Source of the DNA: Clostridium subterminale
GTDB taxonomy: Bacteria > Bacillota > Clostridia > Clostridiales > Clostridiaceae
Direction of reading: 5' to 3'
Assembly: GCF_039521425.1 (NCBI RefSeq)
Contig: NZ_BAAACI010000001.1
Span: 59,974 to 91,973 of the forward strand
DNA: 32,000 nt
The notes under the pieces are model-generated. The model ran no database searches and had not been told where the DNA came from. It saw only the letters and a list, made by a program, of their open reading frames with translations. Within the stretch, counting starts at the first letter, position 1, and every line of letters begins with the position of its first letter. This document shows positions 8,992-17,484 of this stretch, one piece after another. Made by a program: the position numbers and the translations under genes.

Positions 8992-9837
8992 ATGGAATAT
9001 ATAACATTAAATAATGGAGTGAAAATGCCTATTTTAGGATATGGGGTTTATCAAATTGAAAATTTGAAGGAATGTGAGAGGTGTGTATTAGATGCAATTG
9101 AAATAGGATATCGTTCCATTGATACTGCTCAGACATATGGTAATGAAGAAGCTGTGGGAAGAGCAATTAAGAAGTGCAATGTTCCAAGAGAAGAATTATT
9201 TATTACAACTAAAGTATGGATATCCAATGCTGGATATGAAAAGGCGAAAACTTCTATAGAGAAGTCGCTTAAAAAGCTTCAACTTGAATATTTGGATTTA
9301 GTATTAATACATCAACCTTTCAATGATTATTATGGCACATATAAAGCTATGGAGGAAATGTACAAGAGCGGTAAGATAAGAGCTATAGGAGTAAGTAATT
9401 TCTATCCAGATAGATTAATAGATCTTATTAAGTTTAATGAGGTAGTTCCAGCAATTAATCAAGTTGAAACACATCTATTTAATCAGCAAGTAAAGGCTAA
9501 GGAAATCATGGATAAATATGGGGTACAAATTGAATCTTGGGCACCCTTTGCAGAAGGGACAAATAATATCTTTACAAATAAAACTCTTAAAAAAGTTGGA
9601 AATAGATATAATAAATCTACAGCTCAAGTCGCATTAAGATATTTAATTCAAAGAGGTGTTATTGTTATTCCTAAATCTGTGCATAAAGAAAGAATGATTC
9701 AGAATTTTAATATATTTGATTTTAAATTAAATGAGGATGATATGCGTAAGATTGCCAAATTAGACAAAGGAAAAAGTGCATTTTTCTCTCATAGTGATCC
9801 TAATATTGTAGAACTTTTTGCTGAATCAGAAGAGTAA
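8992..9837 (+). CDS. Aldo/keto reductase (2,5-diketo-D-gluconate reductase-like, YvgN/YtbE type)
   Basis: GYGVYQI, IDTAQTYGNEEAVG, LDLVLIHQP, IRAIGVSNF, VIPKS: the canonical AKR catalytic and cofactor motifs in a 281-aa protein. Confidence 0.9.
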   Translation: MEYITLNNGVKMPILGYGVYQIENLKECERCVLDAIEIGYRSIDTAQTYGNEEAVGRAIKKCNVPREELFITTKVWISNAGYEKAKTSIEKSLKKLQLEYLDLVLIHQPFNDYYGTYKAMEEMYKSGKIRAIGVSNFYPDRLIDLIKFNEVVPAINQVETHLFNQQVKAKEIMDKYGVQIESWAPFAEGTNNIFTNKTLKKVGNRYNKSTAQVALRYLIQRGVIVIPKSVHKERMIQNFNIFDFKLNEDDMRKIAKLDKGKSAFFSHSDPNIVELFAESEE

Positions 9838-10049
9838 TATGAAATATTTACTTTCAATCTACTAAAAATGTTCATGAAGATTACCTCATAAACATTATAC
9901 AATACTATATTAAATTCCTTAAAGAGAAAATTAAACATAACTAAAATCATTAAAGAAAGATGGAGCAATTATTGCTTCATCTTTTACTTTCAAAACCTTT
10001 CACCAACTGTAAGTGTTTTATTTTGGCAACTCCATTTATAATAATTATA

Positions 10050-10326
10050 AGGCATCTGAAAATATAATAATAAGTCAAAGATGGGAAGTATATTTTGAGT
10101 TAGACAAGGAAACAGGTTCCGCAGATAGTAGCACTATCTAAGGGTTCTGTTGACGCAGTATAAACAGAGTTCTTTGCTTCAGAGGGGTTTTCTCCCTCTG
10201 AAGGTTAGAAATCGTTATCCAGGGTCGTAGCAGCTCTTTACTCCTAATTTAAGTATTAGAGCTGGTAGTCATCGGATAACACAAAATAGAAGAGCATTCT
10301 GACTTATTTATTTTTTGAAGATGCCT
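10050..10326. repeat. Long imperfect palindromic element (copy 1) with ~50-nt AT-rich arms enclosing a GC-rich core
   Basis: The left arm aggcatctgaaaatataataataagtcaaagatg...tattttgagtt pairs with the right arm aacacaaaata...cattctgacttatttattttttgaagatgcct. Both arms recur at 14916-15006. Confidence 0.6.
10093..10283. ncRNA. Candidate structured RNA core (class not recognised; strand unknown)
   Basis: Locally GC-rich in an AT-rich genome. Helices seen: gatagt/actatc (10125-10139); cttcagaggg/ccctctgaag (10177-10203); gttatcc...agctct//agagct...ggataac (10214-10280). No ORF. Confidence 0.35.
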
Positions 10327-10396
10327 AAGATAAGAATTAGTAATAAATTAAATTCCGGAGTTTTATTTGTTAGCTATGAGATGAAAGGTGATTATA

Positions 10397-11173
10397 ATGA
10401 TAGAGAGAATATTAGAAGTTAAAGACTTAAAAAAATACTATGGTAAAAAAGATTTTGAAACTAAGGCTTTAGATGGAATCAGTTTTCAAGTAATGAATGG
10501 TGAATTCATTGGAATTATGGGAAGTAGTGGTTCAGGAAAAACAACATTGCTTAACTGTATTGCAACCACAACTCACCCTACAGAAGGTAATATTTTATTA
10601 AACGGAGAGAGAATCGAGGACTTTAAAGGAAATAAATTAGCAGATTATAGAGGAAATAAGATAGGTTATCTATTTCAAAACTTTGAGCTACTAGAAAATT
10701 TAACTGCAAGGGAAAATATGTTACTTCCAATGGCTATTCATAATAAATTACAGAATAATAGTAAGGTAGAAGTAGAAAAATTAGCAGAGTATATGGAGAT
10801 TACAGATGTATTAGATAAATTTCCTAATGAAATTTCAGGGGGACAAAAGCAACGTGTTGCAGCTGCAAGAGCTTTAATTTTAAATCCACAAATTATTCTT
10901 GCAGATGAACCTACAGGAGCATTAGATTCTAAAAATGCAAAAGCATTAATGCAAAAACTGTCTGATTTAAATGAGGATCAAAAAACAACTATTTTAATGG
11001 TTACTCATGATGCAAATGTAGCTAGCTTTTGTTCAAGAATTTTATTTATACAAGATGGAAAGCTTTTTCATGAGCTAAGGCGTAAAAAGCCAGAGGAATC
11101 TAGACAAGATTTTTATGAAAGAATACTTCTAGTTATGGCACAACTAGGAGGTGGAAGTGCAAATGTTTTATGA
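10397..11173 (+). CDS. ABC transporter ATP-binding protein, BceA/MacB-type
   Basis: Walker A GSSGSGKTT, ABC signature ISGGQKQRV, Walker B ILADEPTGALD, H-loop VTHD. Start taken at the ATG at 10397 behind SD gaaaggtg. Confidence 0.9.
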   Translation: MIERILEVKDLKKYYGKKDFETKALDGISFQVMNGEFIGIMGSSGSGKTTLLNCIATTTHPTEGNILLNGERIEDFKGNKLADYRGNKIGYLFQNFELLENLTARENMLLPMAIHNKLQNNSKVEVEKLAEYMEITDVLDKFPNEISGGQKQRVAAARALILNPQIILADEPTGALDSKNAKALMQKLSDLNEDQKTTILMVTHDANVASFCSRILFIQDGKLFHELRRKKPEESRQDFYERILLVMAQLGGGSANVL

Positions 11174-13196
11174 TTTAGTTAATAGAAATAGTAAGCGAAA
11201 TAGAAAAGAAAATGGATTGTTTTTTGTATCATTAATCATATCTATTGTTGCATTTTATATTATTTTATCTCTTGAAAAACAAGATGTTATTATATTTTTA
11301 AAGACTATGGAAAGCCAGGCTCTAGATAAATTATTTTTATTGATTCCAGTTTTATATGGATTGTCCTTATTTATTTTATTTTTTCTTGTATATTTTGCAG
11401 GTAAATATCAGTTAGATAGAAGAAATAAAGAACTTGGAATGTATTTAATGCTTGGTATGAAGCGTAGTAAGCTATTATTAATGCTTTTTGCAGAAGAGTT
11501 ATGGAATAGTGTATTGTCATTACTAATTGGTATTCCAGTTGCAATCTGTATATCTGAAATTATTAGTTTAGTAACAGCTAAAATTGTAGGGTTAGGTATA
11601 ATAGGACATAATTTTTCATTTTCATTTTCAGCAGTTATAGGAACTATTATAGGATATTTTATTATTAGATTTGTAGCACTTATTATTTTAAGTGGTAAAT
11701 TTTCAAGAAAAGAGGTTACAGAATTACTTTCAGAAGCTCAAGGAGAGAAGAACAGAAAAATAAATAAAGTAATTGTTAGTATTAAATTGGTTTTAGGAGT
11801 AATATTACTTACAGTTGCATTTGCTATAGCAATTAATGGGTTAGCATGGGAAAATATAAAGTTCATGCCAATGACGGTGATATTAGGACTAAGTGGAACC
11901 TTCCTATTATTTCAAGGTATAGGTGTATTATTTGAAATAATTCTTAAAAAGAAAACTAACATAAGTAGTTTAAAAATGTTCACCTTTAGACAATTGCAGG
12001 AATCAGTATTTTTAAAGCCCAATACTTTAGCTATTTCATCACTTTTAGTTTTGATGGCAATTAGCTGTTTTGCATACGGTATTCCAGTAGGATACTTATT
12101 TAATTCAAAGGAAGCTCATGTTATAGACTACACCTTTGAAGCAGAAGAAGATGAAGTAAAGTCAGTAATAAATAAGCTAGAGTTAAATGATTATATTGGT
12201 GGAATATATGATATGAATATAGGAATGTTTTATGATGGTAGTTTCTCAGCAAAGGATTTAATAAGCTCAGTAAAAAATCAAAAGGATGAAGGCGGTAAAG
12301 ATATTTTATTAAACAATCTTCAATATATGGATAGACCATATTTAATTTCTGTAACTTCATATAACAAGCTTTTAGAGTTACAAGGGAAGGAGGAAATTAT
12401 ATTAAAGGATAATGAAGTAGCTCTTTATAATGATCCTGAGTTTGAAGTTGGAGTTGCTGCAATGGAAAATGCTTTAAAGGAAAGAACTACTTTATATTTT
12501 GATGGTGAAGAATATAAGTTAATAGACAAATGTTATACTGATAGCATTGTAACAGATAGATTAATTACTATTAGCTATGGGTTAATAGTGCCGGAAACAG
12601 TTTTTAATAAATATACTAGTAAAAATAATGTTAGTACTTATTGGAATGCAACTCTAAATGAGAAATTTGTTAAGGAAAGTGGTTTAATGCAAGCTATTAG
12701 TGAGGTTAATAAAAAACTTAACACTACTAATATACGTTATGAAAGTTATCTTCAAAATATAGGAAGAGAGTTATTTTATACTGTTGCAGCAAGTTATACA
12801 ACTATTTATTTAGCCGTTATTTTTCTAATAATAGCAAATACAGTTATGGGAGTACAATTTTTAATGCACCAACAAAAAACAAGGAAGAGGTATCAATCAT
12901 TAACATACTTAGGTGCAAGTTATGAAATGCTATGTAAATCTGCAAGAAATCAAATTGCTTGGTATTTTTCACTACCAATAGCAATTGCAGCAATAAGTAG
13001 TATATTTGCAGTAAGATCATTATTTACAGGTGTTATGACAACAACAATGAAGGAGCAAGTTGGTAAACTAATGGTTATTTCAATTCCTATTATTGTCTTA
13101 ATATGTGTGATAGAATTAATTTATATGCAATGTGTAAAGAAAAGCAGTGATAAAAATATTTTAAAGATAATGGATATAAAAAGAGAAGATAATTAG
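11163..13196 (+). CDS. BceB-type FtsX-family permease (10-TM layout with large extracytoplasmic domain)
   Basis: About 677 aa, with N-terminus MFYDLVNRNSKRNRKENG. There are TM clusters at both ends and a ~210-aa hydrophilic domain in the middle. It overlaps the ATPase gene by 11 nt, with SD aggagg. Confidence 0.85.
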   Translation: MFYDLVNRNSKRNRKENGLFFVSLIISIVAFYIILSLEKQDVIIFLKTMESQALDKLFLLIPVLYGLSLFILFFLVYFAGKYQLDRRNKELGMYLMLGMKRSKLLLMLFAEELWNSVLSLLIGIPVAICISEIISLVTAKIVGLGIIGHNFSFSFSAVIGTIIGYFIIRFVALIILSGKFSRKEVTELLSEAQGEKNRKINKVIVSIKLVLGVILLTVAFAIAINGLAWENIKFMPMTVILGLSGTFLLFQGIGVLFEIILKKKTNISSLKMFTFRQLQESVFLKPNTLAISSLLVLMAISCFAYGIPVGYLFNSKEAHVIDYTFEAEEDEVKSVINKLELNDYIGGIYDMNIGMFYDGSFSAKDLISSVKNQKDEGGKDILLNNLQYMDRPYLISVTSYNKLLELQGKEEIILKDNEVALYNDPEFEVGVAAMENALKERTTLYFDGEEYKLIDKCYTDSIVTDRLITISYGLIVPETVFNKYTSKNNVSTYWNATLNEKFVKESGLMQAISEVNKKLNTTNIRYESYLQNIGRELFYTVAASYTTIYLAVIFLIIANTVMGVQFLMHQQKTRKRYQSLTYLGASYEMLCKSARNQIAWYFSLPIAIAAISSIFAVRSLFTGVMTTTMKEQVGKLMVISIPIIVLICVIELIYMQCVKKSSDKNILKIMDIKREDN

Positions 13197-13204
13197 AGGT
13201 GATA

Positions 13205-13894
13205 ATGGTGGAGAGGATTGTAATTGTAGAAGATGAGCTTTTTATGAGAGAAGAGCTTCAGTATATTTTAGAAAAGGAAGGTTATGATACCTTTTGTATA
13301 ACTAAATTTTCAAATGTAATAGATGAGATTATAGCTGCTTCACCAGACCTTGTATTATTAGATTTAAATTTACCTGGAATATCTGGGTTTGAAATATGTA
13401 AGGGACTTAGACATAAAAGTAATGTTCCAATACTTGTTTTAACAGGTCGTGATCAAATGAAGGACGAGTTACATGCTCTTGATATTGGTGCAGATGAATA
13501 TATAAATAAACCTTGCCAGAAAGAACGCTTATTAGCAAGAATAACAAATTTGTTACGTCGTTTAGAAGATAGAAAGCACTTTGCAGAAATAAAGGATATT
13601 AGCTTAGATTTACAAACCTATACTATTAATGTTAAAGGTAAAGTTATAATTTTACCTGATAATCAAGGAAAGATTATGGAGTTATTACTTGAAAATTACC
13701 AAAAGCTTGTCACTAGGGAGATGTTATTTAAGAATCTTTGGGGTACAACAGAATATATAGATGAAAATACTCTTCATGTTAATATGACTAGGCTAAAGAA
13801 ATCATTACATAATTTAGATACTGATTATAAGATAAGTACAATTAGGGGCAAAGGTTATTCCTTAGAGCCTATAGGAGATAAGGGTAATGATTAA
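13205..13894 (+). CDS. OmpR/BceR-family response regulator
   Basis: Receiver domain (IVIVEDE, DLVLLDLNLPGISG, the K in INKP) plus a winged-helix C-terminus (LHVNMTRLKKSL....I.TIRGKGY). Confidence 0.9.
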   Translation: MVERIVIVEDELFMREELQYILEKEGYDTFCITKFSNVIDEIIAASPDLVLLDLNLPGISGFEICKGLRHKSNVPILVLTGRDQMKDELHALDIGADEYINKPCQKERLLARITNLLRRLEDRKHFAEIKDISLDLQTYTINVKGKVIILPDNQGKIMELLLENYQKLVTREMLFKNLWGTTEYIDENTLHVNMTRLKKSLHNLDTDYKISTIRGKGYSLEPIGDKGND

Positions 13895-14912
13895 AAGATT
13901 AAGAAGAGTGTTTGAAAAAAATAGACTTTGGATTGTTGTTATACTTACATTGAACTTTATATTTGGAGGATTGCTGTGGTTAAGTAATGATAAAGCTTTT
14001 ATTTATATTTTTCCTACAATGGTTATTGGTTCTTTAATTTTATATTGTGCTACAGCATTTAGTATCTATAAAAATGATTTAAAAAGACAACAAGCAATTA
14101 GTAAGTTTTTAGATGAGCCTACTAAAGATATGGAAAATGAAATTATCAGCTTGTTTCATTATGAAGAAGCGCAAGTAATAAAAGATATAGGTAAAATTCT
14201 AAGACAAAATCAAAATACTATAAGTATTCATAAGCAAGGAATTGATGAGTATGAAGAGTACATAGAAGCTTGGGCACATGAGATAAAAACGCCTTTAGGG
14301 TTAATGACCTTTGTACTAGATAATAGAAAAGAGGAAATATCACCAGTAGTATATAAAAGATTACAATATGTAAGAACAAAAATGCAAGAGGATATAGAAA
14401 GAATGCTATATTATGCAAGACTAAAATCCACTTGCAATGATTACTTTTTCAAAGAGTTATCATTAAAAGAGAGTTGTATAGAAGTAATTGAAGAATATAA
14501 AGTAATACTACAGGAAAAAGGCATAGATGTAATATTAGACATTGATGATTATAAAGTACTATCGGATAAAAGAGGAATTCAATTCATTATAAGACAAATA
14601 ATTAGTAATTCAGTAAAATATAAAAATATTGAAGTAAGTGATCCACAGATAGTTATTACTTCAGATGAAAATGAGAAAAATATAAACCTTACTATAAGAG
14701 ATAATGGAATAGGAGTTAAAGCGTACGATTTACCATTTATATTTGAAAAAGGCTTCACAGGTGAGATTGGACAACAAAGAAAAAATTCAACAGGAATGGG
14801 ATTATACTTAGCAAAACAAGTAGCTGAAAGCTTGAAAGCTGGCTTAGAGGCAAATGATAATTATACTGATGGGCTTGAAATTTCATTAGTATTTCCTAAG
14901 GTAATTGATTGA
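13887..14912 (+). CDS. BceS-type intramembrane-sensing histidine kinase
   Basis: Two N-terminal TM helices are separated by only ~5 residues (LWLSNDKAFIY). H-box WAHEIKTPL, N-box ISNSVKY, G-boxes RDNGIGV and GMGLYL. 8-nt overlap with the RR gene. Confidence 0.85.
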   Translation: MIKRLRRVFEKNRLWIVVILTLNFIFGGLLWLSNDKAFIYIFPTMVIGSLILYCATAFSIYKNDLKRQQAISKFLDEPTKDMENEIISLFHYEEAQVIKDIGKILRQNQNTISIHKQGIDEYEEYIEAWAHEIKTPLGLMTFVLDNRKEEISPVVYKRLQYVRTKMQEDIERMLYYARLKSTCNDYFFKELSLKESCIEVIEEYKVILQEKGIDVILDIDDYKVLSDKRGIQFIIRQIISNSVKYKNIEVSDPQIVITSDENEKNINLTIRDNGIGVKAYDLPFIFEKGFTGEIGQQRKNSTGMGLYLAKQVAESLKAGLEANDNYTDGLEISLVFPKVID

Positions 14913-14915
14913 ATA

Positions 14916-15006
14916 AGGCATCTGAAAATAAATAATAAGTCAAAGATGGAAAGTATAACTCAAAATAGACGGGCATTCTGACTTATTTATTTTTGGAAGA
15001 TGGCTT
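14916..15006. repeat. Palindromic element (copy 2, arms only, no core)
   Basis: aggcatctgaaaataaataataagtcaaagatggaaagtata...gggcattctgacttatttatttttggaagatggctt. It starts 4 nt after the HK stop. The arms are near-identical to those at 10050-10092 and 10284-10326. Confidence 0.6.
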
Positions 15007-15236
15007 AATGAAAGATAGACTAAGATATAACACGTAGATATTGAAGTTCAGTTAACTAAAAAGGATGATGAATTTCAATTTGTGTAGGTGAATATATGGA
15101 AAGCAATAGAATAACAATGATGATGCTATAGAAATTGGTATAATAATTATAGGACAAAAGAAAGCTTAAAAAATCGGGATGTCAATCTTTGATGATGGTA
15201 AGATTAGATTAACGAATTGTAAGGGGGGTAAAAATT

Positions 15237-16094
15237 ATGGAATGGATTGAAAGTATTAGAGAAGCTATTTCTTATATTGAAGAGAATATTACCAAGGATT
15301 TATCCATGAAAGAAATTGCAGATAGGGTAAATATTTCTCCTTTTTATTTTCAAAAAGGATTTGGAATGTTATGTGGCTATTCCTTAAGTGAGTACATTAA
15401 GAGAAGAAGACTTGCACTTGCCGGCAGTGAAGTTTTATCTACTAATGGAAAAATAATAGATATTGCAATAAAGTATGGATATGATTCTCCAGACAGCTTT
15501 ACTAAAGCTTTTACAAGATTTCATGGGGTTACACCATCTGCGGTTCGTAAAGAGGGTGCAATGATAAAGTCCTTTGTTGCCCTTAAAATCAAATTTTCGT
15601 TGGAAGGTGGATATATTATGGATTATAAAATACTTGAGAAGGATGCATTTAAGGTTATAGGAGCGTCTAAGAAATTTAAATATGATTCAGCATTTATGGA
15701 GGTACCTTCATTCTGGAATGAGCATATTTCACAAGGAAAGTTAAATGATATATGCGGAATGTATGGTATTAACATTGATGAGGAAATGGGTGGTAATGAA
15801 TTTGAGTACCTTATTGCAGAGGATTATTCCAAAGAGAAAGAAGGTATGGAAGGATATATAGTTAAAACAATTCCTAAGTTTACTTGGGCTGTTTTCCCTT
15901 GTTATGGGCCAGGCTCAGCATCAATTCAAGAAACTAATAAGAAAATATTTTCAGAGTGGTTACCAAACTGTAGAGATTATGAGATTGCTGCAGGTTATAA
16001 TATAGAAATGTATAGTGATCCAAGTGAGTATGAAAAGGGGATTTCAGATAAAAATTACTATAGTGAAGTTTGGATTCCAGTAAAGAAAAAATAG
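15237..16094 (+). CDS. AraC-family transcriptional regulator with GyrI-like effector-binding domain
   Basis: The N-terminal AraC HTH is LSMKEIADRVNISPFYFQKGFGMLCGYSLSEYIKRRRL ... DSPDSFTKAFTRFHGVTPS. The C-terminal ~150 aa have a GyrI/SOUL-like layout (FKVIG....P.FW........YG). Confidence 0.85.
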   Translation: MEWIESIREAISYIEENITKDLSMKEIADRVNISPFYFQKGFGMLCGYSLSEYIKRRRLALAGSEVLSTNGKIIDIAIKYGYDSPDSFTKAFTRFHGVTPSAVRKEGAMIKSFVALKIKFSLEGGYIMDYKILEKDAFKVIGASKKFKYDSAFMEVPSFWNEHISQGKLNDICGMYGINIDEEMGGNEFEYLIAEDYSKEKEGMEGYIVKTIPKFTWAVFPCYGPGSASIQETNKKIFSEWLPNCRDYEIAAGYNIEMYSDPSEYEKGISDKNYYSEVWIPVKKK

Positions 16095-16102
16095 GGCTTA
16101 AT

Positions 16103-16134
16103 TAAGATATTAGGATATTAGGATATTAGGATAT
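16103..16134. repeat. 8-bp tandem repeat (taagatat, then taggatat x3)
   Basis: Read directly: taagatat taggatat taggatat taggatat, immediately after the AraC-family stop codon. Confidence 0.7.
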
Positions 16135-16240
16135 GGAAGCTCTTTTTAGATAGGACGAAGAAGGATGAAGGCAATATTTCAATGTCATTTAGTTAACCAA
16201 ATGATATTGGCTTAGCGTAAAAAGTAAGATATGAAAATAT

Positions 16241-16282
16241 GATGGTACTGAAAAAGTTTAAGTTTTCAGTACCATCGTTTTT
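16241..16282. terminator. Bidirectional intrinsic terminator
   Basis: Perfect 14-bp stem gatggtactgaaaa (16241-16254) with ttttcagtaccatc (16263-16276), T-runs on both strands, between convergent genes. Confidence 0.75.
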
Positions 16283-16326
16283 AAACAGGGGGTTGTTCAA
16301 CAAACTGCTATTATTTATAAATATTT

Positions 16327-17019
16327 TTATGAATTAAGTAGCAAAGACTTAAGCTCATCAAAATTAGAAATCTCATAGGTAGGTTTTATTGAAGTTTCAT
16401 TTATACTTTTGTTAGGGTTATACCAACAGGTATCTATACCAAAGTTTATCCCGCCTTGTATATCAGAACTTAAACTATCCCCTACTATCAAAACTTTGCT
16501 TTTATTAAAGAAATTTATATTTTTTAAGGCATGTTCAAAAATCTCAGGATTTGGTTTTGATATTAATATTTCTTCAGATATTACTATAGTCTCAAAAAAA
16601 TTTGCTATAATAGATTTTCTGATTCTTTTATCTTGAACTAAGGTAAGACCATTAGTTACTATAGCAAGTCTGTAAGACTTGTTTAGAGTTTCTATAAGCT
16701 CGATACTATTATCATATAAAAATGATGCATCAGCTAAATACTCCATATATAATTTTGCAAAGTTAGTTTCATCAAAATTTACCTCTAATCTATCTGATAA
16801 TCTTTTAAATCTTTCTACTTTTAAATTTTCTTGTGTAATAAGTCCTTGTTCAAACTCTTTCCATAGAACTGTATTTATTTCTTGATAAATTTTTAAATGA
16901 TAACTTTCATCATAGTTTATGTTAAACTTAAGCATTGTGTTTTTAAATGCTTCTCTTTCAGATTTTTTAAAATCATATAATGTTTCATCTGCATCAAATA
17001 ATATAACTTCATATTTCAT
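16327..17019 (-). CDS. HAD-superfamily hydrolase, YjjG-like (noncanonical pyrimidine 5'-nucleotidase family)
   Basis: Motif I ILFDADETLYDF (DxDxT). Motif II VTNG. Motif III is the K in SKPNPEIFEHAL. Motif IV is GDSLSSDIQGG. Confidence 0.8.
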   Translation of the reverse strand: MKYEVILFDADETLYDFKKSEREAFKNTMLKFNINYDESYHLKIYQEINTVLWKEFEQGLITQENLKVERFKRLSDRLEVNFDETNFAKLYMEYLADASFLYDNSIELIETLNKSYRLAIVTNGLTLVQDKRIRKSIIANFFETIVISEEILISKPNPEIFEHALKNINFFNKSKVLIVGDSLSSDIQGGINFGIDTCWYNPNKSINETSIKPTYEISNFDELKSLLLNS

Positions 17020-17048
17020 AATATGTCCTCCAATTTTATATAAATAAT

Positions 17049-17464
17049 TTAATTATTAAGTAATTTAAGTTGCTTTTGCTTATAGTTTTCATCAGATTTT
17101 GCATTAAGTATAATGCCTATTAAAAATAGTACACATCCTACTACCTTTACTATAGAAAAAATATTGAAGTATAAATAGTCTATAATTGCACTTGTAAGCA
17201 TTTGACCTATAAAACCTAGTATAACTGTATACACTGTTGGTATTTTATTCAATTTAGGAAGTTTATTTTTCTTACTATTGATACTAGCAAAATTAATAGA
17301 AGTCCTAAGACGTGGTAAATTAATGTACTAAGATATAAACCTATCTTTTCTGATAGAACTCCATTTAAAACAGCTAAGTTCTTGTATGTATTCAAATTTA
17401 TACACCCCTCTTTACAAACTTCTATAAATAAAATAATATATTTATAAAAGTCAGAACATGACAT
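17049..17464 (-). pseudogene. DUF606/YdcZ-like small membrane transporter gene, frameshifted and N-terminally degenerate
   Basis: Two abutting ORFs in different frames meet at 17249-17252 (TGA overlapping the next frame). The C-terminal half GFIGQMLTSAIIDYLYF....KVVGCVLFLIGIIL resembles DUF606. The first half lacks a convincing TM1 or SD. Confidence 0.45.
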
Positions 17465-17484
17465 TGGTCATGTTAGGAGGAGTT

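Noticed and set aside
5754-9837. Integron-like cassette array (same-strand small accessory genes separated by hairpins)
   Set aside because: No integrase gene, no attI, and the inter-gene hairpins do not show the R''-L''/L'-R' attC architecture or GTTRRRY cores. Ordinary terminators and operon junctions explain the layout.
10050-10326. Identification of the structured element as a known riboswitch, 6S RNA, SRP RNA or a retron msr-msd
   Set aside because: None of the conserved cores I can recall is present: B12 box, SAM-I, FMN, TPP, GEMM, M-box, glmS, or SRP domain IV GGUCCGGAAGGAAGCAGC. There is no reverse transcriptase nearby for a retron. It is kept as an unclassified candidate only.
16103-16134. 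Short tandem repeat considered as a possible CRISPR or regulatory array
   Set aside because: There are only four contiguous 8-bp units with no spacers. This is a simple microsatellite after a stop codon. No CRISPR-like repeat-spacer structure exists anywhere in the window.
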